Shown here: piece after piece, positions 32,026 to 43,257 of the stretch | Numbering within the stretch: the stretch's first letter is position 1 | Layout: each line of letters opens with the position of its first letter | NCBI GenBank assembly: GCA_963848305.1 | Contig: CAWKDC010000001.1 | Coordinates: forward strand, 1,504,001-1,568,000 | Reading direction: 5' to 3' | Origin: an uncultured Gammaproteobacteria bacterium | GTDB lineage: Bacteria; Pseudomonadota; Gammaproteobacteria; JABCZS01 | DNA length: 64,000 bases | Made by a program: the position numbers and the translations under genes | The notes under the pieces: generated by a model | Database searches by the model: none | Seen by the model: the letters and a program-made list of their open reading frames with translations, nothing else | What the model was told of the DNA's origin: nothing

Positions 32026-34620
32026 ATGCAAGTCGATGATTTACGAGAGCTATTTCTGTCATATTTCGAACAAAACGGCCATATGCGCCAGCCATCCAGC
32101 CCGTTGATACCTGCCAACGATCCCACCCTGTTGTTTACCAATGCGGGCATGGTTCAATTCAAGGACGTTTTTTTGGGCAAAGAACAGCGCCCCTTTACCC
32201 GCGCCACGACGTCACAACGCTGCGTTCGAGCTGGCGGAAAACATAATGATTTGGAAAACGTTGGGTATACTGCGCGTCACCACACATTCTTTGAAATGCT
32301 GGGGAATTTCAGTTTTGGCGATTATTTCAAAAAAGAAGCCATTGCTTATGCCTGGGAATTTTTGACAAAACATTTGCATTTGCCGCCTGAAAAACTGTGG
32401 GTCACTGTTTACAAAGAAGATCAAGAATCAGAAGACATTTGGTTGAAAGACATGAAGATCGACTCAACGCGTTTTTCCCGCTGCGGTGAAGCGTCCAATT
32501 TTTGGGCGATGGGCGATACAGGCCATTCTGGTCCTTGCACTGAAATTTTTTATGATCATGGTGCAGACATTGCCGGTGGGCCTCCGGGCAGTCCTGATGA
32601 AGACGGTGATCGTTACATTGAAGTCTGGAATTTAGTGTTCATGCAATACAATCGCACCGCCGATGGTGTTTTGCATCCGCTGCCCAAACCTTCTGTAGAT
32701 ACCGGTATGGGATTGGAGCGCATTGCAGCTGTGATGCAACATGTGCACAATAATTACGATATTGATATTTTTCAGATCCTGATCAAAGATGCAGCAAACC
32801 TATTGCACGTAACTGATGTAACAGATAAATCCTTGCGCGTGATCGCCGATCATATTCGCGCCTGTAGCTTCTTGATCATGGATGGTGTGCGTCCATCAAA
32901 TGAAGGCCGCGGTTATGTGTTGCGTCGTATCATTCGCCGTGCTGTGCGGCATGGACATCATTTGGGTGCCACACAACCCTTCTTTTATCAACTCGTGAAA
33001 AGTTTGGTGAAGGCCATGGGGAAAGCGTACCCTGAATTATCACGCGATCAAGCTGTGATTGAAAAAGTGTTGAAACAAGAGGAAGAACAATTTTCACGCA
33101 CACTGGCACAAGGCATGAAATTGCTTGATGAGGTATTACAATCAATGTCAGGAATAATCATCCCCGGTGATGTTGTGTTTAAATTGTATGACACTTATGG
33201 TTTCCCCGTTGATCTCACGCAAGACATTGCGCGTGAAAAAGGCTTAACGGTGGACATGACTGCTTTCGAATTACACATGCAACAGCAGAAGGAACGCTCA
33301 TCCGCTGCCAGTCAATTTGAGATGGATCACCGTGCGCAGTTGTCTATCGAAGGCCACAATGAATTCACGGGTTACGAGCATCTTCAAGACGATGGTAAAG
33401 TCATTGGCATTTTTGTGAATGGCCAGCCGGCTCAAACGCTAAAGGAAAATGAAGCAGGGATGATTGTGCTCGACAAAACACCTTTTTATGCTGCTTCAGG
33501 TGGTCAGGTAGGGGATATCGGACACATTGACAACGCCACTGCTTTTTTCGATGTGAAAGACACGGTGAAGCAACAGAAAATGCATGTGCATGTGGGTGTC
33601 TTGCAGAAAGGTAAATTGTCTGTAGGCGACCAGGTCAGCGCAACCGTTGATAAAAACACCCGCGATGCGATTGTGCTGAATCATTCGGCCACGCATTTGT
33701 TGCATGCCGCATTGCGTCACATTTTGGGTCCACATGTTGTTCAAAAAGGATCCTTGGTCGCCAATGATAAATTGCGTTTCGATTTCGCGCACAATGAATC
33801 ACTGACGCGTGATGAATGGGTGGCGGTCGAGCAATTGGTCAACCAAAAAATTCGTGAGGATGCGCCGTCTCATCTCGACGTGATGGATATGCAATCTGCG
33901 ATGAAAAGCGGTGCCATGGCGTTGTTTGGTGAAAAGTATGACGACAAGGTGCGTGTGCTTGAAATGGCAAACGGTTTTTCAAAAGAACTGTGTGGTGGAA
34001 CACATGTCTCGCGCACCGGTGAAATTGGATTTTTCAAAATCGTGAGTGAAGCGGGTATTTCAGCCGGCGTCCGACGCATTGAGGCGCTCACCGGTCAGGC
34101 CGCGTTGGATTATGTGGCCTCACAAGAAAATGATTTATTATCTTTGTCTGCATTACTTAAAACCTCACGCGATGGTTTGTACGATAAAACGCAACAACTC
34201 ATGGATAGGAATAAAGACCTGGAGCGTGATCTTCGTGCGTTGAAACAAAAGCTTTTGGCCGCGCAAGGAGACGATGCACTGTCTCAAGCAGTGTCTATCG
34301 GTGACATGAAGATCCTGACAATGGAAGTGACCGACGTTGATGCAAAGGGTTTAAGGGATGCGATCGATGTTTGGCGTCACAAGATCAAAAAGGGAGTCGT
34401 CGTGCTCGCGCAGGTTCAGGAAAATAAAGTAAACTTAATTGTGGGTGTTACGCCAGATTGCGCTAAACTTTATCCTGCCGGTGCATTGGTGAAGTTTTTG
34501 GCACAGCAGTTGGATGGGCAAGGTGGCGGTCGCGATGATTTGGCTCAAGGCGGCGGTGCCGCTGACGATCGACTCGCGGGTGTGTTGAAAAGTGCGGTTG
34601 ATTGGGTGAGGGATCGTTAA
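32026..34620 (+). CDS. alaS: Alanine--tRNA ligase
   Basis: DPTLLFTNAGMVQFK, HHTFFEMLGNFSFGDYFK, HSATHLLH, ELCGGTH. Confidence 0.98.
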   Translation: MQVDDLRELFLSYFEQNGHMRQPSSPLIPANDPTLLFTNAGMVQFKDVFLGKEQRPFTRATTSQRCVRAGGKHNDLENVGYTARHHTFFEMLGNFSFGDYFKKEAIAYAWEFLTKHLHLPPEKLWVTVYKEDQESEDIWLKDMKIDSTRFSRCGEASNFWAMGDTGHSGPCTEIFYDHGADIAGGPPGSPDEDGDRYIEVWNLVFMQYNRTADGVLHPLPKPSVDTGMGLERIAAVMQHVHNNYDIDIFQILIKDAANLLHVTDVTDKSLRVIADHIRACSFLIMDGVRPSNEGRGYVLRRIIRRAVRHGHHLGATQPFFYQLVKSLVKAMGKAYPELSRDQAVIEKVLKQEEEQFSRTLAQGMKLLDEVLQSMSGIIIPGDVVFKLYDTYGFPVDLTQDIAREKGLTVDMTAFELHMQQQKERSSAASQFEMDHRAQLSIEGHNEFTGYEHLQDDGKVIGIFVNGQPAQTLKENEAGMIVLDKTPFYAASGGQVGDIGHIDNATAFFDVKDTVKQQKMHVHVGVLQKGKLSVGDQVSATVDKNTRDAIVLNHSATHLLHAALRHILGPHVVQKGSLVANDKLRFDFAHNESLTRDEWVAVEQLVNQKIREDAPSHLDVMDMQSAMKSGAMALFGEKYDDKVRVLEMANGFSKELCGGTHVSRTGEIGFFKIVSEAGISAGVRRIEALTGQAALDYVASQENDLLSLSALLKTSRDGLYDKTQQLMDRNKDLERDLRALKQKLLAAQGDDALSQAVSIGDMKILTMEVTDVDAKGLRDAIDVWRHKIKKGVVVLAQVQENKVNLIVGVTPDCAKLYPAGALVKFLAQQLDGQGGGRDDLAQGGGAADDRLAGVLKSAVDWVRDR

Positions 34621-34622
34621 TG

Positions 34623-34668
34623 GGTTCCAGATAAATGTATGCACTGCGTGCATACATTTTCCGGGATG
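34623..34668. repeat. Palindromic element/terminator after alaS
   Basis: AAATGTATGCAC-TGC-GTGCATACATTT; flanks (CC.GATAA.T...ATTTT.CGGGATG) resemble 12940-12976. Confidence 0.55.
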
Positions 34669-34712
34669 CGTTCAAATCATGCTCCGCATGATTTTCACTG
34701 ACGGTGATATGA

Positions 34713-35969
34713 ATGGGCATACTTGTCAAAAAATTCGGCGGCACCTCGGTTGCCACCATAGAACGCATTGAAGCTTGTGCGGACATTGTCGCGCGCAGCG
34801 CAAAGGATCGTCCTGTGGTTGTCGTGGTTTCCGCCATGGCTGGTGAAACAGATCGTCTGCTGAATATGGCGAAAGCAATATCCCCTGACCCCGATCCCCG
34901 CGAAACAGACATGTTGCTCGTCACGGGAGAGCAAGTGACGATAGCACTATTATCGATTGCGCTCCACAAACGCGGCGTACAGGCGCGTTCACTGACCGGT
35001 GATCAAATTCCAATCCGAACGAGCCCCATTCACACCAAGGCACGTATTGAATTTATCGACAGCGAACGACTTCACCAATATATCCGTGCAGGCGAAGTGT
35101 TGGTGATTGCGGGTTTTCAAGGTGTCACAGAAGACGGCGAAAAAACAACGTTAGGGCGTGGCGGTTCAGATACATCAGCAGTGGCAATCGCAGCCGCTTT
35201 GAATGCGGATGAATGCGAAATTTACACAGACGTGCGGGGTGTTTATACAACAGATCCACGTGTGGAACCTGCCGCACGATTAATGCGCCATGTCACTTTT
35301 GAAGAAATGTTGGAAATGGCGTCGTTGGGTGCGAAAGTATTACAAATCCGCGCAGTTGAATTTGCCGGCCGTTATAAAATTCCCTTGCGCGTGCGATCCA
35401 CATTCGATCCCACTGATGAAGGCACCCTAATTACTCTAGAGGAAAACAAAATGGAATATGTCACGATTTCTGGTATTGCATTTAGCCGCGATGAAGCTAA
35501 GCTTACTGTGGTGGGTATTCCTGATGAACCCGGTGTGGCTGCATCATTGCTCAGTCCTATCACAGAAGCGAACATTGATGTTGATATGATTGTGCAAAAT
35601 GCACCTCATCAGGGACGGACGGATTTTACATTCACCATTCATCGCAATGATTATGAAAAAGCATTGCAACTGTTGAAGAAAAATGCGCAAGCATTGGGTG
35701 CAGTAAGCGTGGATGGCAACCCGCGCATTGCCAAAATCTCCCTGGTGGGGGTGGGCATGCGATCACATGCAGGGGTGGCCAGTCGGATGTTTACAACCTT
35801 GGCAAGGGAGAATATCAATATAATTATGGTAACTACCTCAGAGATTAAAATATCGGTAGGGGTAGATGAGAAGTACCTAGAGCTGGGTGTTAGAGCCCTG
35901 CATGCAGAGTTCCAGTTGGATAAGGAACCGACCGAAGAAACAATTTCTGGCCACATTTTTCAAAAATGA
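34713..35969 (+). CDS. lysC: Aspartate kinase
   Basis: KFGGTSV, TTLGRGGSDTSAVA, two ACT domains; alaS-lysC-csrA synteny. Confidence 0.96.
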   Translation: MGILVKKFGGTSVATIERIEACADIVARSAKDRPVVVVVSAMAGETDRLLNMAKAISPDPDPRETDMLLVTGEQVTIALLSIALHKRGVQARSLTGDQIPIRTSPIHTKARIEFIDSERLHQYIRAGEVLVIAGFQGVTEDGEKTTLGRGGSDTSAVAIAAALNADECEIYTDVRGVYTTDPRVEPAARLMRHVTFEEMLEMASLGAKVLQIRAVEFAGRYKIPLRVRSTFDPTDEGTLITLEENKMEYVTISGIAFSRDEAKLTVVGIPDEPGVAASLLSPITEANIDVDMIVQNAPHQGRTDFTFTIHRNDYEKALQLLKKNAQALGAVSVDGNPRIAKISLVGVGMRSHAGVASRMFTTLARENINIIMVTTSEIKISVGVDEKYLELGVRALHAEFQLDKEPTEETISGHIFQK

Positions 35970-36083
35970 GTTATACTCTAAACATTAGATAATGATTGAC
36001 GAATTCTGGGCACTCTGTCGTCCAAAAAAAGACAGGGGCCGGTAGAGGGAGAGTCAATAATATAAATTATTAAGGAGATTGAC

Positions 36084-36287
36084 ATGTTAATTCTGACCCG
36101 TCGCGTCGGCGAAACCCTTATGGTGGGTGATGAGGTGAGCATCACTGTACTTGGGGTGAAAGGAAATCAAGTCCGTTTGGGTGTGGATGCCCCCAAAACG
36201 ATCGCCGTTCACCGCGAGGAAATCTACGCGCGGATCCAACAAGAGAAAAATGGCGGGCAGAGTACTGACGCTGAAGGCAATGAATAA
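36084..36287 (+). CDS. csrA: Carbon storage regulator
   Basis: [10 protein letters not shown]...VHREEIY. Confidence 0.98.
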   Translation: MLILTRRVGETLMVGDEVSITVLGVKGNQVRLGVDAPKTIAVHREEIYARIQQEKNGGQSTDAEGNE

Positions 36288-36348
36288 GCCCGTTTGCCCT
36301 TTTATATGCTAATATGCCTCCTCAGCTGATTGTTGAGGAGTTCATATC

Positions 36349-37050
36349 ATGTTGCTGCAACGTTTCTCTATAGCCACCCTGTCTATCGTTTTTCTGTGCT
36401 CACCTGCATTCGCGTCTGATTCGGCTGGCGTGTGTGACCCTGCCCGCAAACCCTTTCTGGTTAAAAAGATCACTGCAGAGAAGATTGCTGAGGGATTGAC
36501 AGGCATGCCTCCCATGGCAGTTGGTTTTGATGTCGATGAAACCATCTTGTTTTCAAGCCCTGTCTTTTATCACCTGTCCCAGACCTTGCCTGATTGCGAG
36601 GGGATGCTGGAGGGGTGCAGTGTTCAGCCAGGCTATTGGGAGCAGGCCAACACATTAGATACCTTCAGCTTGCCTAAACCTGTTGGCGTTGAATTGGCCA
36701 AAATGCACATTGCACGTGGCGATGAAGTGTATTTCATCACCGCACGGACGGGCACTGACAATGAAACCTTGTCACAAGTGTTGCGCGATTTATTGGATGA
36801 TCAAACCCTGGCGGATGTTGTGTTTGTGGGCTACGTGCCCGGTACCAATCCCAAAATTGAAGCCATTCAAGAACGCAATATCCAGATATATTACGGGGAT
36901 TCTGATGGCGATATGAGGGCTGCTTATGCCCAAGAACCGCCCATCACCGGCTACCGCATGTTACGCTCAGAAAATACGCTGGAAAATATTTATGGTGTGC
37001 CTACACCGGGGATCTGTGGGGAGAGGGTGGTGAAGGGTTCAGATTTGTAG
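36349..37050 (+). CDS. aphA: Class B acid phosphatase (AphA-like, HAD), secreted
   Basis: Signal peptide; VGFDVDETILFSSP, FSLPK, YFITAR, YYGDSDGD. Confidence 0.85.
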   Translation: MLLQRFSIATLSIVFLCSPAFASDSAGVCDPARKPFLVKKITAEKIAEGLTGMPPMAVGFDVDETILFSSPVFYHLSQTLPDCEGMLEGCSVQPGYWEQANTLDTFSLPKPVGVELAKMHIARGDEVYFITARTGTDNETLSQVLRDLLDDQTLADVVFVGYVPGTNPKIEAIQERNIQIYYGDSDGDMRAAYAQEPPITGYRMLRSENTLENIYGVPTPGICGERVVKGSDL

Positions 37051-37054
37051 ATAC

Positions 37055-37110
37055 TGTAAGGGCGCATAGGCCCCCGCTTTCGCGGGGGTAAACTCCGTAT
37101 CCGCCCTACA
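37055..37110. repeat. REP with nested CCCCGCTTTCGCGGGG palindrome
   Basis: TGTAAGGGCGCATA...TATCCGCCCTACA; includes the yhbY stop. Confidence 0.7.
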
Positions 37111-37381
37111 GTGCCCGTGCCTTAAAAAGCACCACCACATTCCCCACACGTTGCACCTTTCCAGCGCCATGGGTGGCACAGATTGCTTCAATCATGGCAT
37201 CACGGGCGTCGTGGTCAGTGCCGGGGAGTCGGACTTTTATCAATTCGTGATCAAACAGGGCACGGGCAATTTCCGCATGAACGGATTCGGTGAGCCCCTT
37301 GCCGCCAATCATGACGACAGGTTTCAGTTGGTGAGCCTTGGCTTTGAGGACTTGGCGTTCGGATTGTGTTAAAGTATTCAT
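37106..37381 (-). CDS. yhbY: Ribosome assembly RNA-binding protein YhbY
   Basis: AHQLKPVVMIG.KGLT, HELIKV; divergent from rlmE. Confidence 0.95.
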   Translation of the reverse strand: MNTLTQSERQVLKAKAHQLKPVVMIGGKGLTESVHAEIARALFDHELIKVRLPGTDHDARDAMIEAICATHGAGKVQRVGNVVVLFKARAL

Positions 37382-37410
37382 CCGCGCATTGTAACACACT
37401 CGGAGCCCAA

Positions 37411-38037
37411 ATGACTCGTCCTAAATCCACCAAGTGGATTCATGAACACATCAACGATCCATATGTCAAACAAGCCCAAAAGGATGGCTATCGTTCCCGT
37501 GCGGCCTATAAGATCAAAGAAATTCAAGAAAAACATAAGCTTATAAAACCAGGCATGATCGTCATTGACTTGGGCGCTGCGCCGGGCAGTTGGAGCGAAT
37601 TGGTTGTGAACTGGGTGGGTAAAAATGGCAAGGTATATGCCCTTGATTTATTACCCATTGCCCCCATTTCAGGGGTAGAATGTATTCAGGGAGATGTTCA
37701 AGATCCTGCCGTTGTGGCCGATCTTAAAGATCGCATGGCCGGAAAACTGGCAGATGTCGTGTTATCTGACATTGCACCCAATATTTCCGGTAATGCCAGT
37801 GTAGATGCATCGCGGTCTGCGTACTTGTGGGATATGTCTCTCGACGTCGCAGACACATTTTTAAAGGAAGGCGGTGCGTTTTGCATCAAGGTTTTCCAGG
37901 GGGCTGGGTTTGAGGCGTTTTTAAAAAAGCTTCGGCAGCAATTTACAACAGTCTATATTTATAAACCTAAGGCTTCTAGACCGAAATCAAGTGAGGTTTA
38001 TTTAGTGTGTAAGGGCGCATGCTTGCGCCCGAAGTGA
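37411..38037 (+). CDS. rlmE: 23S rRNA Um2552 methyltransferase
   Basis: [37 protein letters not shown]. Confidence 0.96.
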   Translation: MTRPKSTKWIHEHINDPYVKQAQKDGYRSRAAYKIKEIQEKHKLIKPGMIVIDLGAAPGSWSELVVNWVGKNGKVYALDLLPIAPISGVECIQGDVQDPAVVADLKDRMAGKLADVVLSDIAPNISGNASVDASRSAYLWDMSLDVADTFLKEGGAFCIKVFQGAGFEAFLKKLRQQFTTVYIYKPKASRPKSSEVYLVCKGACLRPK

Positions 38038-38048
38038 AGGAGTGCACC

Positions 38049-39851
38049 TTGAACGATATCGTTAAAAATCTTTTCCTGTGGCTTATCATCGCAGCGGTGT
38101 TGATGTCCGTGTTCAGTAATTTCGGGCAACGCGGTGGTGCACAAACACGCTACGATTATTCTCAGTTTTTAACCATGGTCAATCAGGGCGAAGTGAAACA
38201 AGTCGTTATTGATGGACGCGCTATTCAGGGCGTGACACGCAGTGATCAGCGTTTTACCACGTATATGCCAATGGAAGACACGGGCCTCATCAGCGATTTA
38301 CTGAAAAATGATGTGGCGATAGAAGGCAAGCCACCCGAGCAAACCAGTTTCTTGATGCAAATCTTTTTGAATTGGTTCCCCATTTTATTATTTATTGGTG
38401 TGTGGATTTTCTTCATGCGTCAAATGCAAGGCGGCGGTCGCGGGGGTGCGATGTCCTTCGGTAAAAGCCGTGCACGATTACTCGGTGAAAATGAAGTGAA
38501 AGTCACGTTTGCGGATGTCGCTGGTGCGGATGAAGCCAAAGAAGAAGTGACTGAGCTTGTCGATTTCTTGAAAGATCCCGCTAAATTTCAAAGTATCGGT
38601 GGTCGTATTCCGCGTGGTGTGTTGATGGTGGGTTCACCCGGTACGGGTAAAACATTGTTGGCCCGTGCGATTGCGGGAGAAGCTGGTGTGCCTTTCTTCA
38701 CCATTTCAGGTTCCGATTTTGTGGAAATGTTTGTTGGTGTTGGTGCTTCTCGTGTGCGTGATATGTTCGAGCAAGCAAAAAAACAAGCGCCTTGTATTAT
38801 TTTCATCGATGAAATTGATGCAGTGGGTCGCCATCGTGGCGCCGGTTTGGGCGGCGGTCATGATGAACGCGAGCAAACCCTCAATCAATTATTGGTTGAA
38901 ATGGATGGCTTCTCAGGCAGCGAAGGGGTGATCGTGATCGCCGCTACCAACCGTCCTGACGTGCTTGATCCTGCGCTCTTGCGTCCCGGTCGTTTCGATC
39001 GACAAGTTGTCGTGCCATTGCCTGATATCAAAGGCCGCGAAGCAATTTTGAATGTGCACCTCAAAAAAGTCACAACAGATGGTTCCATCAATGCAGAAGT
39101 GATAGCCCGTGGCACGCCTGGTTTTTCAGGCGCAGATTTGGCAAACCTGGTCAATGAAGCGGCGCTCATGGCTGCTCGAAATGGCAAACAAACTGTGTCG
39201 ATGAAAGAATTAGACATGGCAAAAGATAAAATCATGATGGGTGCAGAACGACGCTCCATGGTGATGACAGAGTCCGAGAAAAAATTAACGGCTTATCACG
39301 AAGCAGGCCATACGATTGTTGGTCGTTTGGTGCCTGAACATGATCCTGTTTACAAAGTCACGATCATTCCGCGTGGCCGTGCATTGGGTGTGACCATGCA
39401 TTTACCTGAACAAGATCGTTACAGTTATTCTAAACAACGGCTGAAGAGCCAAATTGCGTCACTTTTTGGGGGTCGCATTGCCGAAGAATTGATTTTTGGT
39501 AAAGACGCCATCACGACGGGCGCTTCCAACGACATTGAAAAAGCGACTGAATTAGCACGCAACATGGTCACGAAATGGGGTTTATCTGACAAGATGGGGC
39601 CGATTGCGTATGGTCAAGATGACGGTGAGGTTTTCCTAGGACATTCCGTCACGAAACATAAAGAAATGTCACAAGAAACGGCTCGTGCGATTGATGCGGA
39701 AATTCGTGCGTTGATCGATGAAAATTACAACATCGCTTACAATATCCTGAAAACCCACTTGGATACGCTCCACAAAATGGCTGCCGCGTTGATTGAACAA
39801 GAAACGTTAAACGCCGAACAAATCCAAGCGATTATGGATAATAGGGCGTAG
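38049..39851 (+). CDS. ftsH: ATP-dependent zinc metalloprotease FtsH
   Basis: Two TMs, [16 protein letters not shown]; TTG start after AAGGAG. Confidence 0.98.
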   Translation: MNDIVKNLFLWLIIAAVLMSVFSNFGQRGGAQTRYDYSQFLTMVNQGEVKQVVIDGRAIQGVTRSDQRFTTYMPMEDTGLISDLLKNDVAIEGKPPEQTSFLMQIFLNWFPILLFIGVWIFFMRQMQGGGRGGAMSFGKSRARLLGENEVKVTFADVAGADEAKEEVTELVDFLKDPAKFQSIGGRIPRGVLMVGSPGTGKTLLARAIAGEAGVPFFTISGSDFVEMFVGVGASRVRDMFEQAKKQAPCIIFIDEIDAVGRHRGAGLGGGHDEREQTLNQLLVEMDGFSGSEGVIVIAATNRPDVLDPALLRPGRFDRQVVVPLPDIKGREAILNVHLKKVTTDGSINAEVIARGTPGFSGADLANLVNEAALMAARNGKQTVSMKELDMAKDKIMMGAERRSMVMTESEKKLTAYHEAGHTIVGRLVPEHDPVYKVTIIPRGRALGVTMHLPEQDRYSYSKQRLKSQIASLFGGRIAEELIFGKDAITTGASNDIEKATELARNMVTKWGLSDKMGPIAYGQDDGEVFLGHSVTKHKEMSQETARAIDAEIRALIDENYNIAYNILKTHLDTLHKMAAALIEQETLNAEQIQAIMDNRA

Positions 39852-39900
39852 GGGGCGCATACTTGCGCCCATGCGCGAAGCGCGGGGGATTTATATAACA

Positions 39901-40689
39901 GTGCAATACCTCATCATGGGCGTCCTCAACCTCACGCCCGATTCCTTTTTCGAGGGTAGCCGCGCATCCTCACTCGCGCATGCCAAGTCATCGATTGAAT
40001 CCATGATGGCTGACGGCGCAGACATCATTGATATCGGCGCTGAATCGACCCGCCCTGGGGCAACCCCTGTGTCGGTTGAAGCTGAGTGTGAACGTCTTTT
40101 CCCCATACTCGAATGGCTTCAACATCAATCTATTCCCTTTTCTATCGATACCCGCAAAACAGACGTTATGTCAGCCGTGCTACCTTTCAAGCCGGCCATG
40201 ATCAACGATGTCAATGCTTTTCAAGCGCCCGGCGCGCTAGAAGTCATAGCGGATCATCCTGTTGAAGTGTGTTTGATGCATGCGAAGGGAGAGCCGAAAA
40301 CCATGCAGGATAATCCTGAGTATACTGATGTGGTCGCAGAAGTGTATGCTTTTTTTCAAGACAGAATCACGGCTTGCGAAGCCGCGGGCATTGATAAAAG
40401 CCGCATTTGGTTGGACCCAGGGTTCGGTTTTGGAAAAACACTCACTCACAACTTAAAAATGTTACAATCGCTTCAAGCTTTTACGGGCTTAGGGTGTCGG
40501 CTGATGGTCGGTATGTCCCGCAAAGGCATGATTGGAGCTATCCTCAATAAGCCGGTTGATGAACGTCTTTATGGCAGTCTCACGGCACATACAGTGGCAT
40601 TGCTGCACGGGGCGAGCATGGTTCGCACCCATGATGTAGCAGCCACGAAGGATGCGGTTAACATTTTACAGGCAATATATGGCACATAA
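39901..40689 (+). CDS. folP: Dihydropteroate synthase
   Basis: [35 protein letters not shown]. Confidence 0.96.
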   Translation: MQYLIMGVLNLTPDSFFEGSRASSLAHAKSSIESMMADGADIIDIGAESTRPGATPVSVEAECERLFPILEWLQHQSIPFSIDTRKTDVMSAVLPFKPAMINDVNAFQAPGALEVIADHPVEVCLMHAKGEPKTMQDNPEYTDVVAEVYAFFQDRITACEAAGIDKSRIWLDPGFGFGKTLTHNLKMLQSLQAFTGLGCRLMVGMSRKGMIGAILNKPVDERLYGSLTAHTVALLHGASMVRTHDVAATKDAVNILQAIYGT

Positions 40690-42041
40690 AACGCATTTTG
40701 GAACGGACGGTATCCGTGGCACGGTAGGCGAAGCGCCTATCACAGTTGATTTTGTGTTAAAGCTCGGCTGGGCAGTGGGGTCTGTGTTGGCCAAGCAGAG
40801 GTCCCGCGAAAGTGGTGATTGGGAAAGACACACGTATTTCTGGGTATATGTTGGAATCGGCTCTCGAAGCGGGTTTATCCGCCGCGGGGGTGGATGTCTG
40901 TTTGCTCGGCCCCATCCCAACACCTGCGATCGCGTATTTAACCCGCAAGTTGTCTGCACAAGCCGGTATTGTGGTCAGCGCATCACACAATCCCTATCCT
41001 GACAATGGCATCAAATTATTTTCCGCTGCTGGTGAAAAGATAGGCGATCAGATTGAACAAGACATTGATCGCCAATTGGCCTTGCCCATTCTCACATTAA
41101 GTGCGAAATCTTTGGGCAAAGCTTATCGCATCCAAGATGCACAAACGCAATATATCGATTTTTGTTTATCATTATTTAAAAACTTATCGCTGAAAGGCCT
41201 GAAGATTGTGGTGGATTGTGCGCATGGCGCCACTTACCACATTGCGCCAGAATTGTTCACGCGATTGGGCGCAGAAGTCGTGGCCATCGGTATTGCACCG
41301 AATGGGCGCAATATCAACGAATCATGCGGCTCAACACATCCGGCTTTGCTGCAGCAAACGGTCCTCGCTGAAAAGGCTGATTTAGGCATGGCTTTCGATG
41401 GTGATGGTGATCGTGTGATTTTTGTCGATCAACATGGTGTCGTTGTTGATGGTGATCAACTTGTGTATATGTTGGCAAAGCATGCCCATCAGCAGGGTTT
41501 GTTGAAGGGCGGCGTGGTCGGTACGCAAATGAGCAATTTGGGTTTAGAGTTGGCGTTAAAAGCGTTAGACATTCCATTTGTGCGCACCTGCGTCGGTGAT
41601 AAATACGTTCACGCGAAACTCGAGGAATTAGGTTGGATGTTGGGCGGGGAGTCTTCTGGTCACATCATCCAGATGCATTGTCTTTCCACGGGTGATGGTA
41701 TTTTGGCAGGGCTGGGCGTGCTGCAAGCGTTGTCCATGCAGCAAATCACTTTGCATGAAGCGGTGAAAGACGTGGCATTATTCCCACAAGTGATGATCAA
41801 TGTGCGCGTGTTATGTTCGCAAGATCCCATCTTGAATCCTGTCATTGCGCAAGCAGTGAATGACGTGGAAGCGCAGTTATCTGGTCGTGGCCGTGTTTTG
41901 TTGCGCCGATCAGGCACAGAGCCGGTGGTGCGCGTGATGGTTGAAGGCGAAGATGCAGCGCTGGTACAAGCCTTGGCGAATCACCTCGGGGAAATCGTTG
42001 AAACAGCATTGGTCAGTCATCAGCAGTTTAGTGCTTTTTAA
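40679..42041 (+). CDS. glmM: Phosphoglucosamine mutase; 1-nt frameshift near 40800
   Basis: HFGTDGIRG in one frame, then [32 protein letters not shown] in the next. Confidence 0.95.
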
Positions 42042-42052
42042 TGGGGGCCGAT

Positions 42053-42796
42053 ATGCGTTCTTACATGGTGGTTGCTAACTGGAAAATGAATGGCAATGAA
42101 TCCTTACTCATCGCTGTGCGCGAAGCGTTGGCGGCTGTTCAGTCTGAAGCAACGGTACTCATCATTCCCCCATTTGTCTATCTGCCCGCGGCAGGCCAGC
42201 ATTTGCGAGAGGCGGGGATTCAGATCGGCGCCCAAAATGTTAGTCAGTATGAAGAAGGCGCCTACACAGGCGAAATCTCCACGACAATGCTGCGCGACAT
42301 GGGTTGTCATCATGTGTTGGTGGGTCATTCCGAGCGCCGCGCTTTATATGGCGAAACGAACGACATTGTCGCAGCGAAATTCATGGCGGTGCACCAAGCG
42401 AATATGGTGCCTATTCTCTGCGTGGGGGAAACCCTGGCTGAGCGCGAGGCGGGTCATACGCAACAAGTGATTGAAGCGTCTTTAGAGGCGGTGAGGGCTG
42501 CGGCAGGTATTGAGGCATTTGGCAGGGCAGTGGTTGCCTATGAACCTGTCTGGGCGATAGGGACAGGCTTGGCGGCTACTCCTGAGATGGCCCAAGCCGT
42601 GCATGAGCATATCAGAAAATGGCTGACAAAATATGATGAAGCTCTTGCAAAAAAACTCCAAATTCTGTATGGTGGCAGCGTGAGTCCGTCGAATGCGCAG
42701 GCGTTGTTTAGTATGCCTGATATTGATGGCGGATTGGTAGGCGGGGCGTCCCTTAAACCGGATGCATTTGCTGAGATTGTGGCGAAAGCAAGGTAA
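42053..42796 (+). CDS. tpiA: Triosephosphate isomerase
   Basis: NWKMN, GHSERR, AYEPVWAIGTG, YGGSV, LVGGASL. Confidence 0.98.
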   Translation: MRSYMVVANWKMNGNESLLIAVREALAAVQSEATVLIIPPFVYLPAAGQHLREAGIQIGAQNVSQYEEGAYTGEISTTMLRDMGCHHVLVGHSERRALYGETNDIVAAKFMAVHQANMVPILCVGETLAEREAGHTQQVIEASLEAVRAAAGIEAFGRAVVAYEPVWAIGTGLAATPEMAQAVHEHIRKWLTKYDEALAKKLQILYGGSVSPSNAQALFSMPDIDGGLVGGASLKPDAFAEIVAKAR

Positions 42797-42803
42797 AATA
42801 ACC

Positions 42804-43121
42804 ATGTATCAAGTGATTTTGATCATCCATGTGGCGATATCAGCGGCTCTGGTGATGTTTATCCTATTGCAGCAAGGCAAAGGCGGCGGCATGGGCGGAT
42901 TAGGGGGCGGTGGCGCTTCCACAACGTTATTTGGCAGTGGCGGGCCCGCAGACTTCATGAGCCACACAACCGCGATCCTAGCAACCGGTTTCTTTATCAC
43001 CAGTTTGACCCTGAGCCTATTGGCTGTGAATCAAATCAAGGCCCAACGCGCACTCGACATGCCCGTCGTGCCCGAACAAGTTTCTGTAAATAGCGAAGTT
43101 CCAGTTGATACTGGATTGTAG
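42804..43121 (+). CDS. secG: Preprotein translocase subunit SecG
   Basis: ILLQQGKG...GGGAS.TLFGS, two TMs; tpiA-secG-tRNA-Leu synteny. Confidence 0.95.
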   Translation: MYQVILIIHVAISAALVMFILLQQGKGGGMGGLGGGGASTTLFGSGGPADFMSHTTAILATGFFITSLTLSLLAVNQIKAQRALDMPVVPEQVSVNSEVPVDTGL

Positions 43122-43149
43122 GAGCGCATACTTGCGCCCTTCCTTATCC

Positions 43150-43234
43150 GCCGATGTGGTGAAATTGGCAGACACGCCATCTTGAGGGGGTGGTAGCGCA
43201 AGCTGTGCCGGTTCGAGTCCGGCCATCGGCACCA
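43150..43234 (+). tRNA. tRNA-Leu (GAG)
   Basis: GCCGATGTGGTGAAATTGGCAGACACGCCATCTTGAGGGGGTGG...GGTTCGAGTCCGGCCATCGGCACCA; long variable arm, GAG anticodon. Confidence 0.95.
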
Positions 43235-43257
43235 TTTTTTGTATGTGGGGTAGTCAT

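Noticed and set aside
32515-32540. AlaS motif reads GDTGHSGPC instead of GDTGPCGPC; MreB reads DLGTAITL (62398) instead of DLGTANTL
   Set aside because: Substitutions at near-invariant residues in an error-prone sequence cannot be trusted without reads.
35988-36006. Possible Fur box upstream of csrA (GATAATGATTGACGAATTC)
   Set aside because: Only 12/19 match to the consensus and essentially one half-site.
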